Shown: in pieces, positions 38,401 to 50,400 of the stretch
Layout: the number at the start of each line of letters is the position of its first letter
How positions within the stretch are numbered: the first letter of the stretch is position 1
NCBI GenBank assembly: GCA_023231475.1
Contig: JALJEE010000507.1
Coordinates: forward strand, 1 to 55,484
DNA: 55,484 nucleotides
Source of the DNA: Seison nebaliae
Taxonomy: Eukaryota
Direction of reading: 5' to 3'
The notes under the pieces: generated by a model
Seen by the model: only the letters and a program-made list of their open reading frames with translations
What the model was told of the DNA's origin: nothing
Database searches by the model: none
Translations under genes and position numbers: made by a program

Positions 38401-41400
38401 ATGGTTAAATAATTCTCTGAAAATGTTGTCTCGTCTCTCTGAAGCTCATGAGATTTGAGCTAGATTTTTATTATAGAAAATATTATTATTATTAACAATT
38501 TTATTGTTGTTCAATAAATCTCCATGGGAACTGGTTGTTATAACAACTTCATCATAAAAATTCTCTTCTCGATCTCTATCGAACTTATTTAGACATTCCA
38601 TTTATTCAACTTTGGAAATTCGTTCTTATTGCTATGAATCGTCCAACGACTGGTGTGGCACCAGGTACTGCTTCACGCCTACAAACGGCAAAACCTGGTA
38701 CTCGTGCAGGAAATATAACAACGGCGTTAATGGCTGATCGTCCTGTGACACGTGGTGGTCTTGGCGGTCTTAAGACTGCCATGGGTCCTGGTACTGGGGC
38801 GAATCGTTTAGTTCAAGACAAGAATTATTTTGTTAATTTAATTCGAGCTAAAACTGTCGACGCGAAAAATGAGATTGATCGTTTGAAAAAGGAGATGGTA
38901 AGAGCGAATGAAGATAATACGAATTACATGGCATATAATCGTCGTGCTGAGGAATTGACGAAAGAAGTGGAGAGTGTTCGAGGGAAGAAAGCTGATTTGA
39001 ATACCGTTGTCGATCGATTACATAGTAACTCGAATATTTCTGAATTGAAATCATCAATCGAAGAATTGAAACGGAAAATTGACAATGAAGAAAAAGAGAG
39101 TACACGAATAATTTCTCAACGAACTCGATTAGATGCGGCGGTGAATGAAATGCAGAATGAGATGGATGAATTGAATGCGAAAGAACAACATGCAGTTGAT
39201 CGTTTGAGTTATGAAGATCGACAGAAATATTTAACAATTAAAGAAAAGAATTCCGAATATACGAGTCAATTGACGACGATGTTTGGAGAAATGGAAACTA
39301 TTCGAGATGAGATTGCTGGTTTTATGGGTCGATTAGACGATACACCAGAAAAGAAGGAAGCATTAAATCTTTTTGACAAATTGAATGAATTGGAACAAAA
39401 AAAAGATTCGATGAAAAGTGACGCTGAACGATTTTCAGCTTTATCTCCAAAAGAGGAAGAAGAGAAATTATTGGCACAAGTCAAGAACGATAAAGTGGAA
39501 ATAAGTGGAATGGATGAAAAGTTTAACTTAAAATTTTTCATTGAAAAATTCAAAAAAAAATTTCAACTTTCCTTTTTAGGATTCGCTCAGTTCGAGCGGA
39601 ATTGAATAAACATGAAATGGAAGAGGAAAATGATTTGGATGATGACGGAACGGACGAGAAAGCCATTCGTCGTCGTTATGAGAAATTGCGTCGGGAAGAA
39701 GAGGAAATGGATCATTTCAATGGAGAATTTACTAATCGTCTACAGGACGCGACGGGAAATTTGAATCAAGCTCAACATAATGTGGTTCATTTATTGGATA
39801 TTTTAAGTCGAGTAGTTGAGAAGACGGATCGATCAGCAGCAGATGATGCGAAGAGTTTAATGGTGACAACAATCGAAGGAATGAATGATCAACTTCAATC
39901 TCTGCAACGCGATTTGAAGAAAATGGATCCGATGAAAGAGAAACTGAATGATGAATATAACGCTTTGGAAGGAAAGATCAAAGAGTATGAAGAAGAATTG
40001 GGAGATTATACTGACAACGAAACTATAAAAAGGAAGGCTGAAGAGAAGCGAGACAAACTAATAGAAGAGAAGGATTTATTACGAAAACGAAGAGATGAAT
40101 TTGTTCGAATGATCAATCAAGCTGAGCAAGATTTAAAACGTTTGAAAATTACTTACAATAACCATAAGATGACGAAGTCGATTGAACCGTTAGAGGAACA
40201 ATTGCAAGAACTGGAAGGGAAGAATTATTCACTACGTCAAATTATTGCTAATAAGCAATTGGCTACTGATTATGAGAAATATAAATTATCGTCGCTAGAG
40301 ATGGTGGAGGAACAACAGAAATTCTTACGTGAACATGCAGCTAATGCACCAGCTCCTGTTAAAGCAACATCATATTAACCTTTATATTCTCCATTCTCCT
40401 CCTTCTTCTTCTTATAAATATTTTGTCGACTATTATTGTTGTTGTTTGTGAAATTGATTTGAGGTGGACAATTGACGTGTTTGGGAATGATTTCTTTAAT
40501 AATCGTTCGACTTCGTCTTCCACCGTTATTCCTCGCGGCTAATAAGTGGGTAAATGACTTCTGACATTTCCCACCAATCTCGCGAACAACTAACGAATAT
40601 CGGCAGTCAACACCATCTCGAATTTCGAAAGTTTTGCCTTCTCTCTCATTCCATGAAGTTGATTCGATTCGAATCAGATAAATTGTGAGGAGTTGATGAA
40701 TTAGTAAGAGAGAATTCATTTTGAAAGAATAATCTGATGAGGAGAGAAAATGAGTAAATTTGGAAGGAGTGGAATGAGAATCGATTAAGATATGGAAACG
40801 AAGGAAAAACAAAAATAAAGAGGAAGATGGATTGACGGTTGATTCGTGTTCGACTAAAAATCATTGTGACATATCTGTAGATATTGAGGGGAGACAGCGG
40901 ATAAGGAGGAAATAGAAGGAAGTCGATCGATGACTTGATGTTTTGGCAAATTGTCGGTTACTGGTGGAGGAGGAATAGGATAAAACTAGTTGTTTTCACC
41001 ATCACATTCTCTCGCATGCACTCCTTAACAACAATGTCATGTCACTCACAACTATTATGTATATCATCATTGGTAGAAATACATCTACATATTAATTGAA
41101 TGATAAATGAGATGAAGAATTTTTTTGAGAAAATTTGTTTTACCGAACTACTATATTCCTATTACGCACTGTTATTAGTTGTATTAGAACTAGTATTGTT
41201 ATTATTTTCATTAGTTCACTATGTTCTCATCAATCGATATACAAATACTAATATTATGTTAGACAACATTATATAATTCTCTTTTTTTTAATAATTTCCT
41301 CTTCTTTCTTTTTTCCGTCTTGTTCGACTGACTGTTTTTTCCCCGACTTGTGAGTCTCATAAATATACCGCCAACGTTAACTGCCATAGTGCAAATTGAA

Positions 41401-44400
41401 ATGAAACATTCTTAACTTCTCTAACCTGTGTAACAATCCATCTCCAATTAAGAATTTTATGAAGAAACAAAGTAATATTTCGTTTTCAATCGAAGGTTGT
41501 TCCTCGTTTTCCTTAATGCATTTGAAGTGCAGAAATGAAGTTCTCATATCGAACTAACTTTTGTTACAGACAATCAATGTTCAAGTTGAAATTGTTCAGG
41601 ATATCCGGATAAAATTCGATTTACTTTTCCTAATTCTTTTTCATTGTCCTCCTCCAACTTCACTCACGTTCGTTCAACGACACAACAACAACAGCAACAA
41701 ACACGTTCGGTCGTCGAATAGTTAGGAAGTTTCGATACATTAAATTCATTTAACATTCTACATCCTTTCTCCTCAACACACAAGTGAACATATCAATTTG
41801 TTAAGTGTAAATCTATTGATGGATATTAAGTTAACGAAAGACAACTGTTACGTCATAGGAGAATAGCACGAAATTGATAGTGCACATTCTGTGCATTTTC
41901 GATGCACAAACTGTTATATGGTAAGACTTCGTTATTTTTCTTATCTATTCATTCTTCGTTTCCATGTTGCGAATAAGAGTAATAAGAAAACTTCGAGAAT
42001 TATATGTTGGTGAATGTCATCTTATTATTCTCTCCAAGTCACTGTCACGGGTGAAGGAAATTGATAGATAGAAAGTTGTTTATCTTCATTTCATAAACTG
42101 ATGAGAGAATCCTATAATTTTTCTTCGTCACTTATTCCAATAAACTTCATCCTACGAACAAATTGGAGAAAAGTTAAAATGATTTTTTTTTGAAAAGTAA
42201 AAAATAATTTCTTATTGTCGATATTATTGATAGAGAACAAACATTTTGGAATGCGAGGAAAAAGTGAAAGAATTAAAGGAAAAGATTTAATTAACTGAAT
42301 CCATTCAATGAATTTCACGTCCAGCTATTTTGAGGAGTGAACTTATTTATTTATTAGTCGGTAGTGAATACCATGACACCAAACAATCTATTATTTATTC
42401 CTTGTGCACATGACGAACATACGTGAATGTGATGTCTAGTAATGATTGGTAAGGAAATGAAAACCACAAATTATTTGTTAGCGGATGGATGATTGGCATA
42501 GGAAATATTCATTTGGAACAAACATCAGCATAATAGAAGCGGAAAATTTTCATCTGAAAAATATTGTGAAAAGAAGAAAGACAATACATTAATAAGTCGA
42601 AACAATTAAGATGATGCGTGCGTGGGGAGGCATAAGTGTTCTTTCGTCCATTCTTCTCAATTTAGCACGCTATCTCATTTAACGATAACAATAAATATGA
42701 ATTGAATTAGACGAATTGGCTGATAAACGATTCGACTCATTCAAAATAACACCATTGACCTTTGTCCTCTCTTTCATCCCCTCTGATTTATAGGCGGCAG
42801 CTGGTGAAATGATATTGGTCAATGGCGAACGGTTAACGCAAATTGTTATACCGTTGAATGACGACGATATTACCGAGGGTGCCGAAGCATTTACTGTTCG
42901 CTTATATGCTAAATCACGTAAATTATTGCACGCTTCAAAATATGAAGTTACATTGAATTGATTTATGAGAATTACATTGAAATTCCTCTAGATAATCGTC
43001 ATAATACGACCGTCGGATGATGCATATGGTATATTCCATTTAATAGTGGATTGTCATCAATCAACTACTCGCTGTGAGGAAGACGAGAGAATTGTCAATG
43101 TGACCAATTTGTCTCATGCCAAAATGAAAGTTTGTCGATTCTAAATTGAATTTAAAAAAAAAGAATTTGTTAATTTCATGTTAATCGAGATAATCACATA
43201 GATTATTTCCCACAAAATATTTCAATTAATTTATTTATCAATTAAATAATCAAGGTGCGACGTAGTCGTGGAAATTATGGTAATGTCATCATAAATTGGG
43301 AAGGAAAATTAATCAGGAAATTCGAGGAATTGCCTTCATCTCAATCAATTTCATTACAAACGATTAGTGGCACAATCGAAATTCACCACAATCGATGGTT
43401 GAGTGATGATAATATAATTGTTCCCTCGTTCGCTGATGATCGACCACATCTCGAACATATTTGGAGAGTATCAATCTATCCGTCAACCACAAACTCGCCA
43501 TCATCGACGATTGGAAGAGTTAGTCGACGTACAACATATGTTCGAATGAATTCGCAATTATATCAATCGTTTTCCTCGAGGCATTCGAGTGAATTGAGAT
43601 ATGATGAAATATTGGATGATGACCGATCATTCGACGGATATTTATCGGATGGTGAATTATTTATTGTCGTTCAGAAGAGTGAGAATGCTTATGGAATATT
43701 TCAGTTCAGCATCTCACCGTCTTCTCTCAAATCAACGAATTTATTAGACACTTGGTATCCACGTTCTCCATTAATGAATGTATTCGAAAATCATTCTCAA
43801 GGTTGTCACAACTTCTTGTCCTTTTTTATCAATCAATTTATCTTGTCATTTATTTTTCAATATTTGTGCATGTCATTCTCATTTTGACATTAAAGCAAAT
43901 GTATGTGTCGAGAGAGATGGGGGAGCATACGGTGTAGTAGATGCACAGTTAGAAGTGACATCATTCGGTTTAAATTTATTCAACTTATTCTCTTTATCTC
44001 TCAATCTCCTTCTTAATAGATACTAAAAATTACAATTATTATCGTTATCCTTCCTATATCAAAATTGCCCGTGAGAACATCGACTATCAACTTCCGGATA
44101 ATTTAGTATTACGGTTCGAAATTCCTTTTCAATTTCATTCTAACAATTCTCCCACATAGATTCAATCGACACGTCAAGGTGAATTGTTTAACAATTCAAA
44201 TAATCAATGACGAAGAAAATGAACTAACTGAAATAATTTGGTTCAAATTATCCAACGTTCAATTAATCCAATCAGAGAATAGTGAAATTATTGATCGTTT
44301 GTTTATCATTCAATCAAAAATATCATTTCTTCCACAGATGTCCCATCAATAAATGGTAGTTCGAGAACAATCGGAATTTCGTTAGTTGATGATGATGAAA

Positions 44401-47400
44401 ATAAAAAATCAAATTCTATTCAAACATATCTACGAATTGATTTGAGAGAAGATAACGAGAAATTCTCTTGTAATTTCTATCCAATCTCTTATCAGAAACT
44501 CTTAGCCAATTTACGTTACATTAATCATCAAACTGATGAGAGAAATGGTCAATTTAAATCGATGGAAAGTCAAATAAATTATGTAAATGGAAATGAATGG
44601 GGAAGTTCTTCGGAATGGAATATCCAAATGAATTATGTCAATTCATTGAATGATACATATGTTCCATTATTTTGTATCGACACAAGACACATCAATTCCA
44701 TAAATTTCACAATTTATCGATTATCTCAACAGAAAAAAAGAGTTAACATTTAGAAATTTTTTAAAATTCTCCACATTTTCCAGGTGAGCGTTCTCATATT
44801 GATTTATCCTACAGTCGTCAATTTGAACAAATCCGAGAATAATCAATCGTTAATCGATTTTGGAATATTTGGAATTGATTATTCAATCGATTCACAAATA
44901 GTCACATTGAATGAAAACGAGAATGAGAAAACATTTGCAATTAATCTCCTCAAAGAAACGTATGTCAATCATCGAATATTTGACATCAAATTTAATTCAT
45001 TAAATTCCTCAAATTTCCAATTCCATTCAAATTATCTTTTACACAATACTTTCTACAAGAACCAAATCGAAATTATCGGAAATAGTTTTTATCGATTTCT
45101 TCTCAAAAAAAATACGGGAACAACTTTCAGTTAAATTATTCTCAACCAATTTTCATTTTAAAAATTTCATTTTTCAGAATTTCATTTTCTACCCTCACCA
45201 AATGGAAATCTCAAAATTTTACAATTGACGAATAACGAATTGAATTTTCGTATAATACGTCATGGAGTTATCGAAGAATTGCAATCAATTCGATGGAAAA
45301 TTTCTACTGATCAATCTAATTCAGAGATTGAATGTCAAAATTATTTCCAGAAAATCGAAGGAATTTCCATATTTCTTTCTGGCGAATACGACCATTTAAT
45401 TCAAATAAAAACAAATAGTGAATTATTTGAAAGATTAATAGTTTTCTTTTTTTTGTGAATAAAAAATTCCATTATATTTGTAGATATGTAAAATTGAATT
45501 GATTTCCAATTTCGTTCAAGGTGATCTAGAAACCCTATTCATAATTTTACCATTTCAATCGATTAATGAGGAAATATTTCAAATTAACATAAATCGATTG
45601 ATTCTGAATGAACATAATGAAACAATTGAACTATCAATTAATGATATAAAGTTATTGGAGAATTTCTTTTTAACATTTATTAAAATTAAATTAGTAAATT
45701 TGAAGGGAAATTACTCGTCAATTTTAAATTGTCGTCAATTTCAAATTCATTCCAAACTCCTTCAGTTTAGTGAATATCTTTTCATAATTCAATCTATATT
45801 TTTTGGACAGTTTGCGGAAGAAGGAAAAGATTTTTTCAACGGAACTTTCAACAAAATATTCAATACGACTGATCGAATTATATTGGAAATTCCAATTGTA
45901 TCTGATGAAATACCTGAAATTGACGAGACTTTCGTCTTCTACGTTCATTCCATATATTTCATTCCGAACTTTTTATTCTATTATGAACAAGAAACAAAAT
46001 TTCAAGACATATTAAGAGATTGTTAATTTTAATTTCGATTTCATCAATTTATTATCATCTATCAGATCTTAGAATGGAATCATATGATTTATCTGATTGT
46101 ATGATTCATCATAAAAATTTCAAGTGTTTTCCTTTGAAATATGAAGGAAATTTATCATTCAATTTAACAATTAAAGAGAATGATAAATCTGAAGGATCAT
46201 TTCGATTGGAACCACGAATCCTTAAAAATAATAAATTAGAAATTCTTAATTCTCAAGATTCCAATAGAACTTATTATGGAATGGAGAACAACCAGAAGCC
46301 CTTGCAATTTTCTGTGAAACGATTAAGTTTCTCTTTTTATGCAATTCTATCATTTAATTAATAATTTTATTTTCAATAGATTCATTCTTTGGGAAAGTTT
46401 TCATCAAATGGAACATTTCAAGTGTCATCAATTTCACGGAAGATATCAAAAATGATGAAGGAATGATCATTTTTGAGGAGAATCAAAAAGAAAAATGTAA
46501 AACTAATATTTTCATCTTTTTACAAATTATAGTTTGTTTCCAATATTTGTATCAATTAAAACTACCTTGTCCATTTACCTTCCCCCCTACTCTTCTAAAC
46601 TTTTTGCTATTTTAATCGTTTCGTTAAAAATTATGAATTCCTTTTCTGAGTCAATTCAGGTACACATTATTTAGATCACCTGAAATATCATTAAAATATC
46701 TTCCTTGTTCACCACCTGTTTGAACTTTTGATCCGAGTGAATCTAAAATATATTTCTCCTAAACTCCCCTAAATGGTAACCCATTAATTCTAAAATCATC
46801 TTCATCCTCTTTAATTCCTTTAGGAATTTTGAAAAAATAAATTATTAGATTTTCGATATTAAATTGATATTATCGATATTAAATTATATAATTTCACAGA
46901 TTTTTCAATAATACTCAAACAAGATAATATTGCGGAATATGAAGAGGAATTTATTTTGAATATTTTCAACTTCTATTCAAATCAAAGAGAAGATTATATT
47001 AAAATTCGGATATTAGCAAACGACGGAATTTACGGAAATGTCACTTTTTCAGAAACTGATACAATTCTTTCATTATATGAAGGATTCAATATCGCAATAC
47101 CAATAATTCGACCGATCGATAATAAAATACTAAAATCGTTGACCGTCATTGAAATCGAGTGGGAAGTGAATTCAATAAATGTTACGACGATTAATATGGA
47201 GAATCATTTCGAAACTGTTTCCGGAAAAGTAGAATTATTATCCGTTTAATCTTTAAAATTCGTTGAATTTTTTTTGAAATCTTCTTCTTTAGTACATGAA
47301 TGAGTCGTATATAATATTATCAGCGATTGATGATTCTTTACCAGAGTTAAGTCGAATGTTTCATTTAAAATTGACATCGTATCGAATGAAAACGTTTAAT

Positions 47401-50400
47401 AATTCGATATTTGACAAATGTTTAAATTGTGTGAATGAAGAAAGTTAAAATTTATAAATAAAATTTAAATTTTTTTTATAATTTTAGGTTATTATCATTT
47501 ATCGGAACCGATAAAATTAACTAAATTGCCGATACGATTAATAATCGATGAGAACGATTATCCTTATGGATTGTTCGGATTCGATTTGGAACTTTTGACA
47601 ATTGAAGAGAATGTCGATAAAGTTTCGATAAATATCCATCGGTATCATGGCACATATGGGAACGTGTTGCTCAATATTGACATCTGTCCACCAAATGTCT
47701 TCAACGGAATAATTGCAAAAGAGGGAAATGATTTTTCATTTATTTCGAATAATAAAAGAATCGAATTCAAGACAAATGAACGTAATCATTCTATCATTCT
47801 TACTATAATCGATGATGATGAAATTGAAGACAATGAGGTTTCTATTAATTAATTCAACTCATTTCTCGTTGCAATGTGAGTGAATTTGAATTGTGTGTTT
47901 GTGTGTGGAAAATAAGAATTTGATATGAATAAATCGAATGAATAAGTTCAGTGAATTGCATCAGATGATGAAATTGCGTAGCTTCTCAAATTTTTTCTTA
48001 CTCGAATTATATGTGTAACTGCGGTTTTCACACCATCTACCATTCCGTCTATGATAATCAGTGCAAATTCCTTCCAGTATTTCTTACGTTCCATTTATTG
48101 ACTTAGCTGTTTGACATTGAAGCACATTGTTCTCTTTCGACATCAATTCCTTTCAATCATCATTCTCACATCATGGAACTTTTTATCAATTCTTTTGGCC
48201 ATACTCCTATCTCGTCAAATCACTTCATTTTCTTCTTTCAGTTCCTTTGTCTCCAAATCAATTATCTTACAATCCAATCATTAAATGGTACAGGCGAGAA
48301 GTTTATTGATAATAATCGATTATTGATTGAAATTCAAGATAATGATATTCAACGTCAAATAGTTTATGTGAAGAATGAATATCAGAAATTGATTAGTAAA
48401 GAAGGAAATGATGTGGTAGTGCCAATCCATCGTAATTTTGTTTCAGTTCAACCAATTTATTTATCAGTCGAAATCTCATCTATTTCTACCACTGATGAAA
48501 TAGATTACAAATTAAGGAATAAAGTTCTATTTTCATTATTTCAAATAATATCTCATATATTTCATGTTAGTTCCTGGTATTTTCACCAGATGTAACAGAA
48601 ATTTTCCTGGAAATTAAAATCATTAAAGATTCAAAGGCTGAATGGTTTGATCATATAATTCTGGTCATAAATTCAACTTCAGATAATTTCAGTTTGATAA
48701 ACAACACAAGTTTTCTAATTTTCTTTCAATTTTTAATTTTTAAAATTTGCAGTTAATATTTTTGTTGAGCCGAACGATTTCCCTTGTGGCGTCTTCACTC
48801 TTCATTCACTCGAATTGAATGAAAGAGATTACAATGAAATAGAAGGTGAAGTATTGATTGAACGAACTGTTGATGAGTGGTGTCAATTATCGATCGATTA
48901 TTCGTTCGTCGATAATCGGAATAAAACTGCACATGAATTTTTTCCATCAAATAATCTCATAAATTTTCGAATTGGAGAAAAGAAAAAGAAAATTAATTTT
49001 ATCTTCAAAAATATGGAATTCCAACATTATTTTCTGAGATATTCTGTGAAATTTATTCCAATTACAATTCCCATACCGATTTCCTTATCGAAAGGATTTC
49101 CTGGTATTTCTATCCAAGATTTTGATTATGGAAATTGGTTCGGATATGAATTACGAGAATTAGAAATTCCTCTCTCTAGTTTGAGAAAAGAAATTTATTC
49201 TTTATCGTTCTCTCCTAATAATGAGGAATTTATTTCATTTAATGGAAATGAAGCACAGATTGAGGGAGAGGCTCGTCTACCTCTTTATCGGCATCATCAA
49301 TCTTTTTGGATCAATATCAAATTAAATAAACCGAATTACATATCGTCTAAATTGTGCTTGATTCTCCAGAGTGAATTAGAGGAAATTGAAGAAAGTGACG
49401 AACCTCAAAATCTTTTATTCTTACCAATTACTCGAATGGTCATCAAAAATGAAAATCAGAAAGAATTATCTGAAATTTATTCATTAAAAATTCTTAATAA
49501 CAATTATTTAATAATTCATTTATCAGGCAAATTAAATTTTTATAAATGGAATAATTATTCCTTCCAATTCACCACCACTATCGACTTCAATGACCAAGTG
49601 ATATCCATAAAAGAAATCGGAGGATCAAATCAATTTTTAATTTACTCTCAAAATCATCATCGATATCAATTAAATTTATTCGGAATGAATAATAGTCATT
49701 GGATATTGAATGACGTGAAATCGTTCGATTGTAAAATGGTTTGGGAGGTGGATAAGATAAAATTAAATTATTTTATAATCGCCTTTGATTCATGTTCGAA
49801 GCAAATTGAAGTTATTATTTGAAAAAAAAATTTCTAATATTTTTTTTTAGTGGTCCAAATTGGAAAATGACAAATTCACCACCTTCAATTTACTCGATAA
49901 ACAAACGGATATTATATCAATCCAAATGATAAATTTAAATGATCTTTCATTCGTCATTTTTGTCTATTCCAACAGCAACGGAACTGAAGGAAAAATGAAG
50001 TTTTCTTTTTTTCTTTTCAAACAAATTTTAGACAACAATCGTTTTAGTTTTGATTTATTCGAAATCGATTATAATGAAAAGAATTTAAACGAATTTTTGA
50101 TAACATCAACTGAAATCGATGAAGTGACGAGATCGGATTTAGTTCAAATGGAACAACTTCAGTTTTTACTTCTCTTCAATGAAGAGAGGAAGATTTTAAG
50201 TGTCTATGAAATCGATCTCCAAAATGAACATATTCAAATCAATTTCATCACTTTCTTTACAGATATTATTCATTTTCAAACATTTATTCGTAACAAACAA
50301 TTTTATCTTTTTGGAAAACTTGAAAAATATTCAGTCTTGTACAAATATGAAGAAAAAGTAAAAAAATTCATATCTCTAAAAACGTTCGAATCATTTAAAC

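Larger units (their letters stand above)
36878..42793 (+). other. 5916-nt phase-0 intron of the ADGRV1-like gene hosting nested genes
   Basis: Donor CAT|GTTAGT and acceptor TTTATAG|GCG. The join reads ...LQDYH|AAAGEMILVNGERLTQIVIPLNDDDITEGAEAFTVRL, completing one Calx-beta repeat. Confidence 0.85.

Noticed and set aside
40375..40812. Independent small gene convergent with IFT74 via overlapping TTAA stop codons
   Set aside because: The ORF end G|GTTAAT is a typical donor for this genome and joins in phase to the acceptor at 38392, giving the lectin its otherwise missing signal peptide. It remains the alternative if RNA-seq lacks the junction.
40820..42793. A further nested gene in the remaining 2 kb of the large intron (for example ORF 42112..42318)
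   Set aside because: No convincing ORF or exon chain; more likely the lectin 5' UTR and promoter region.
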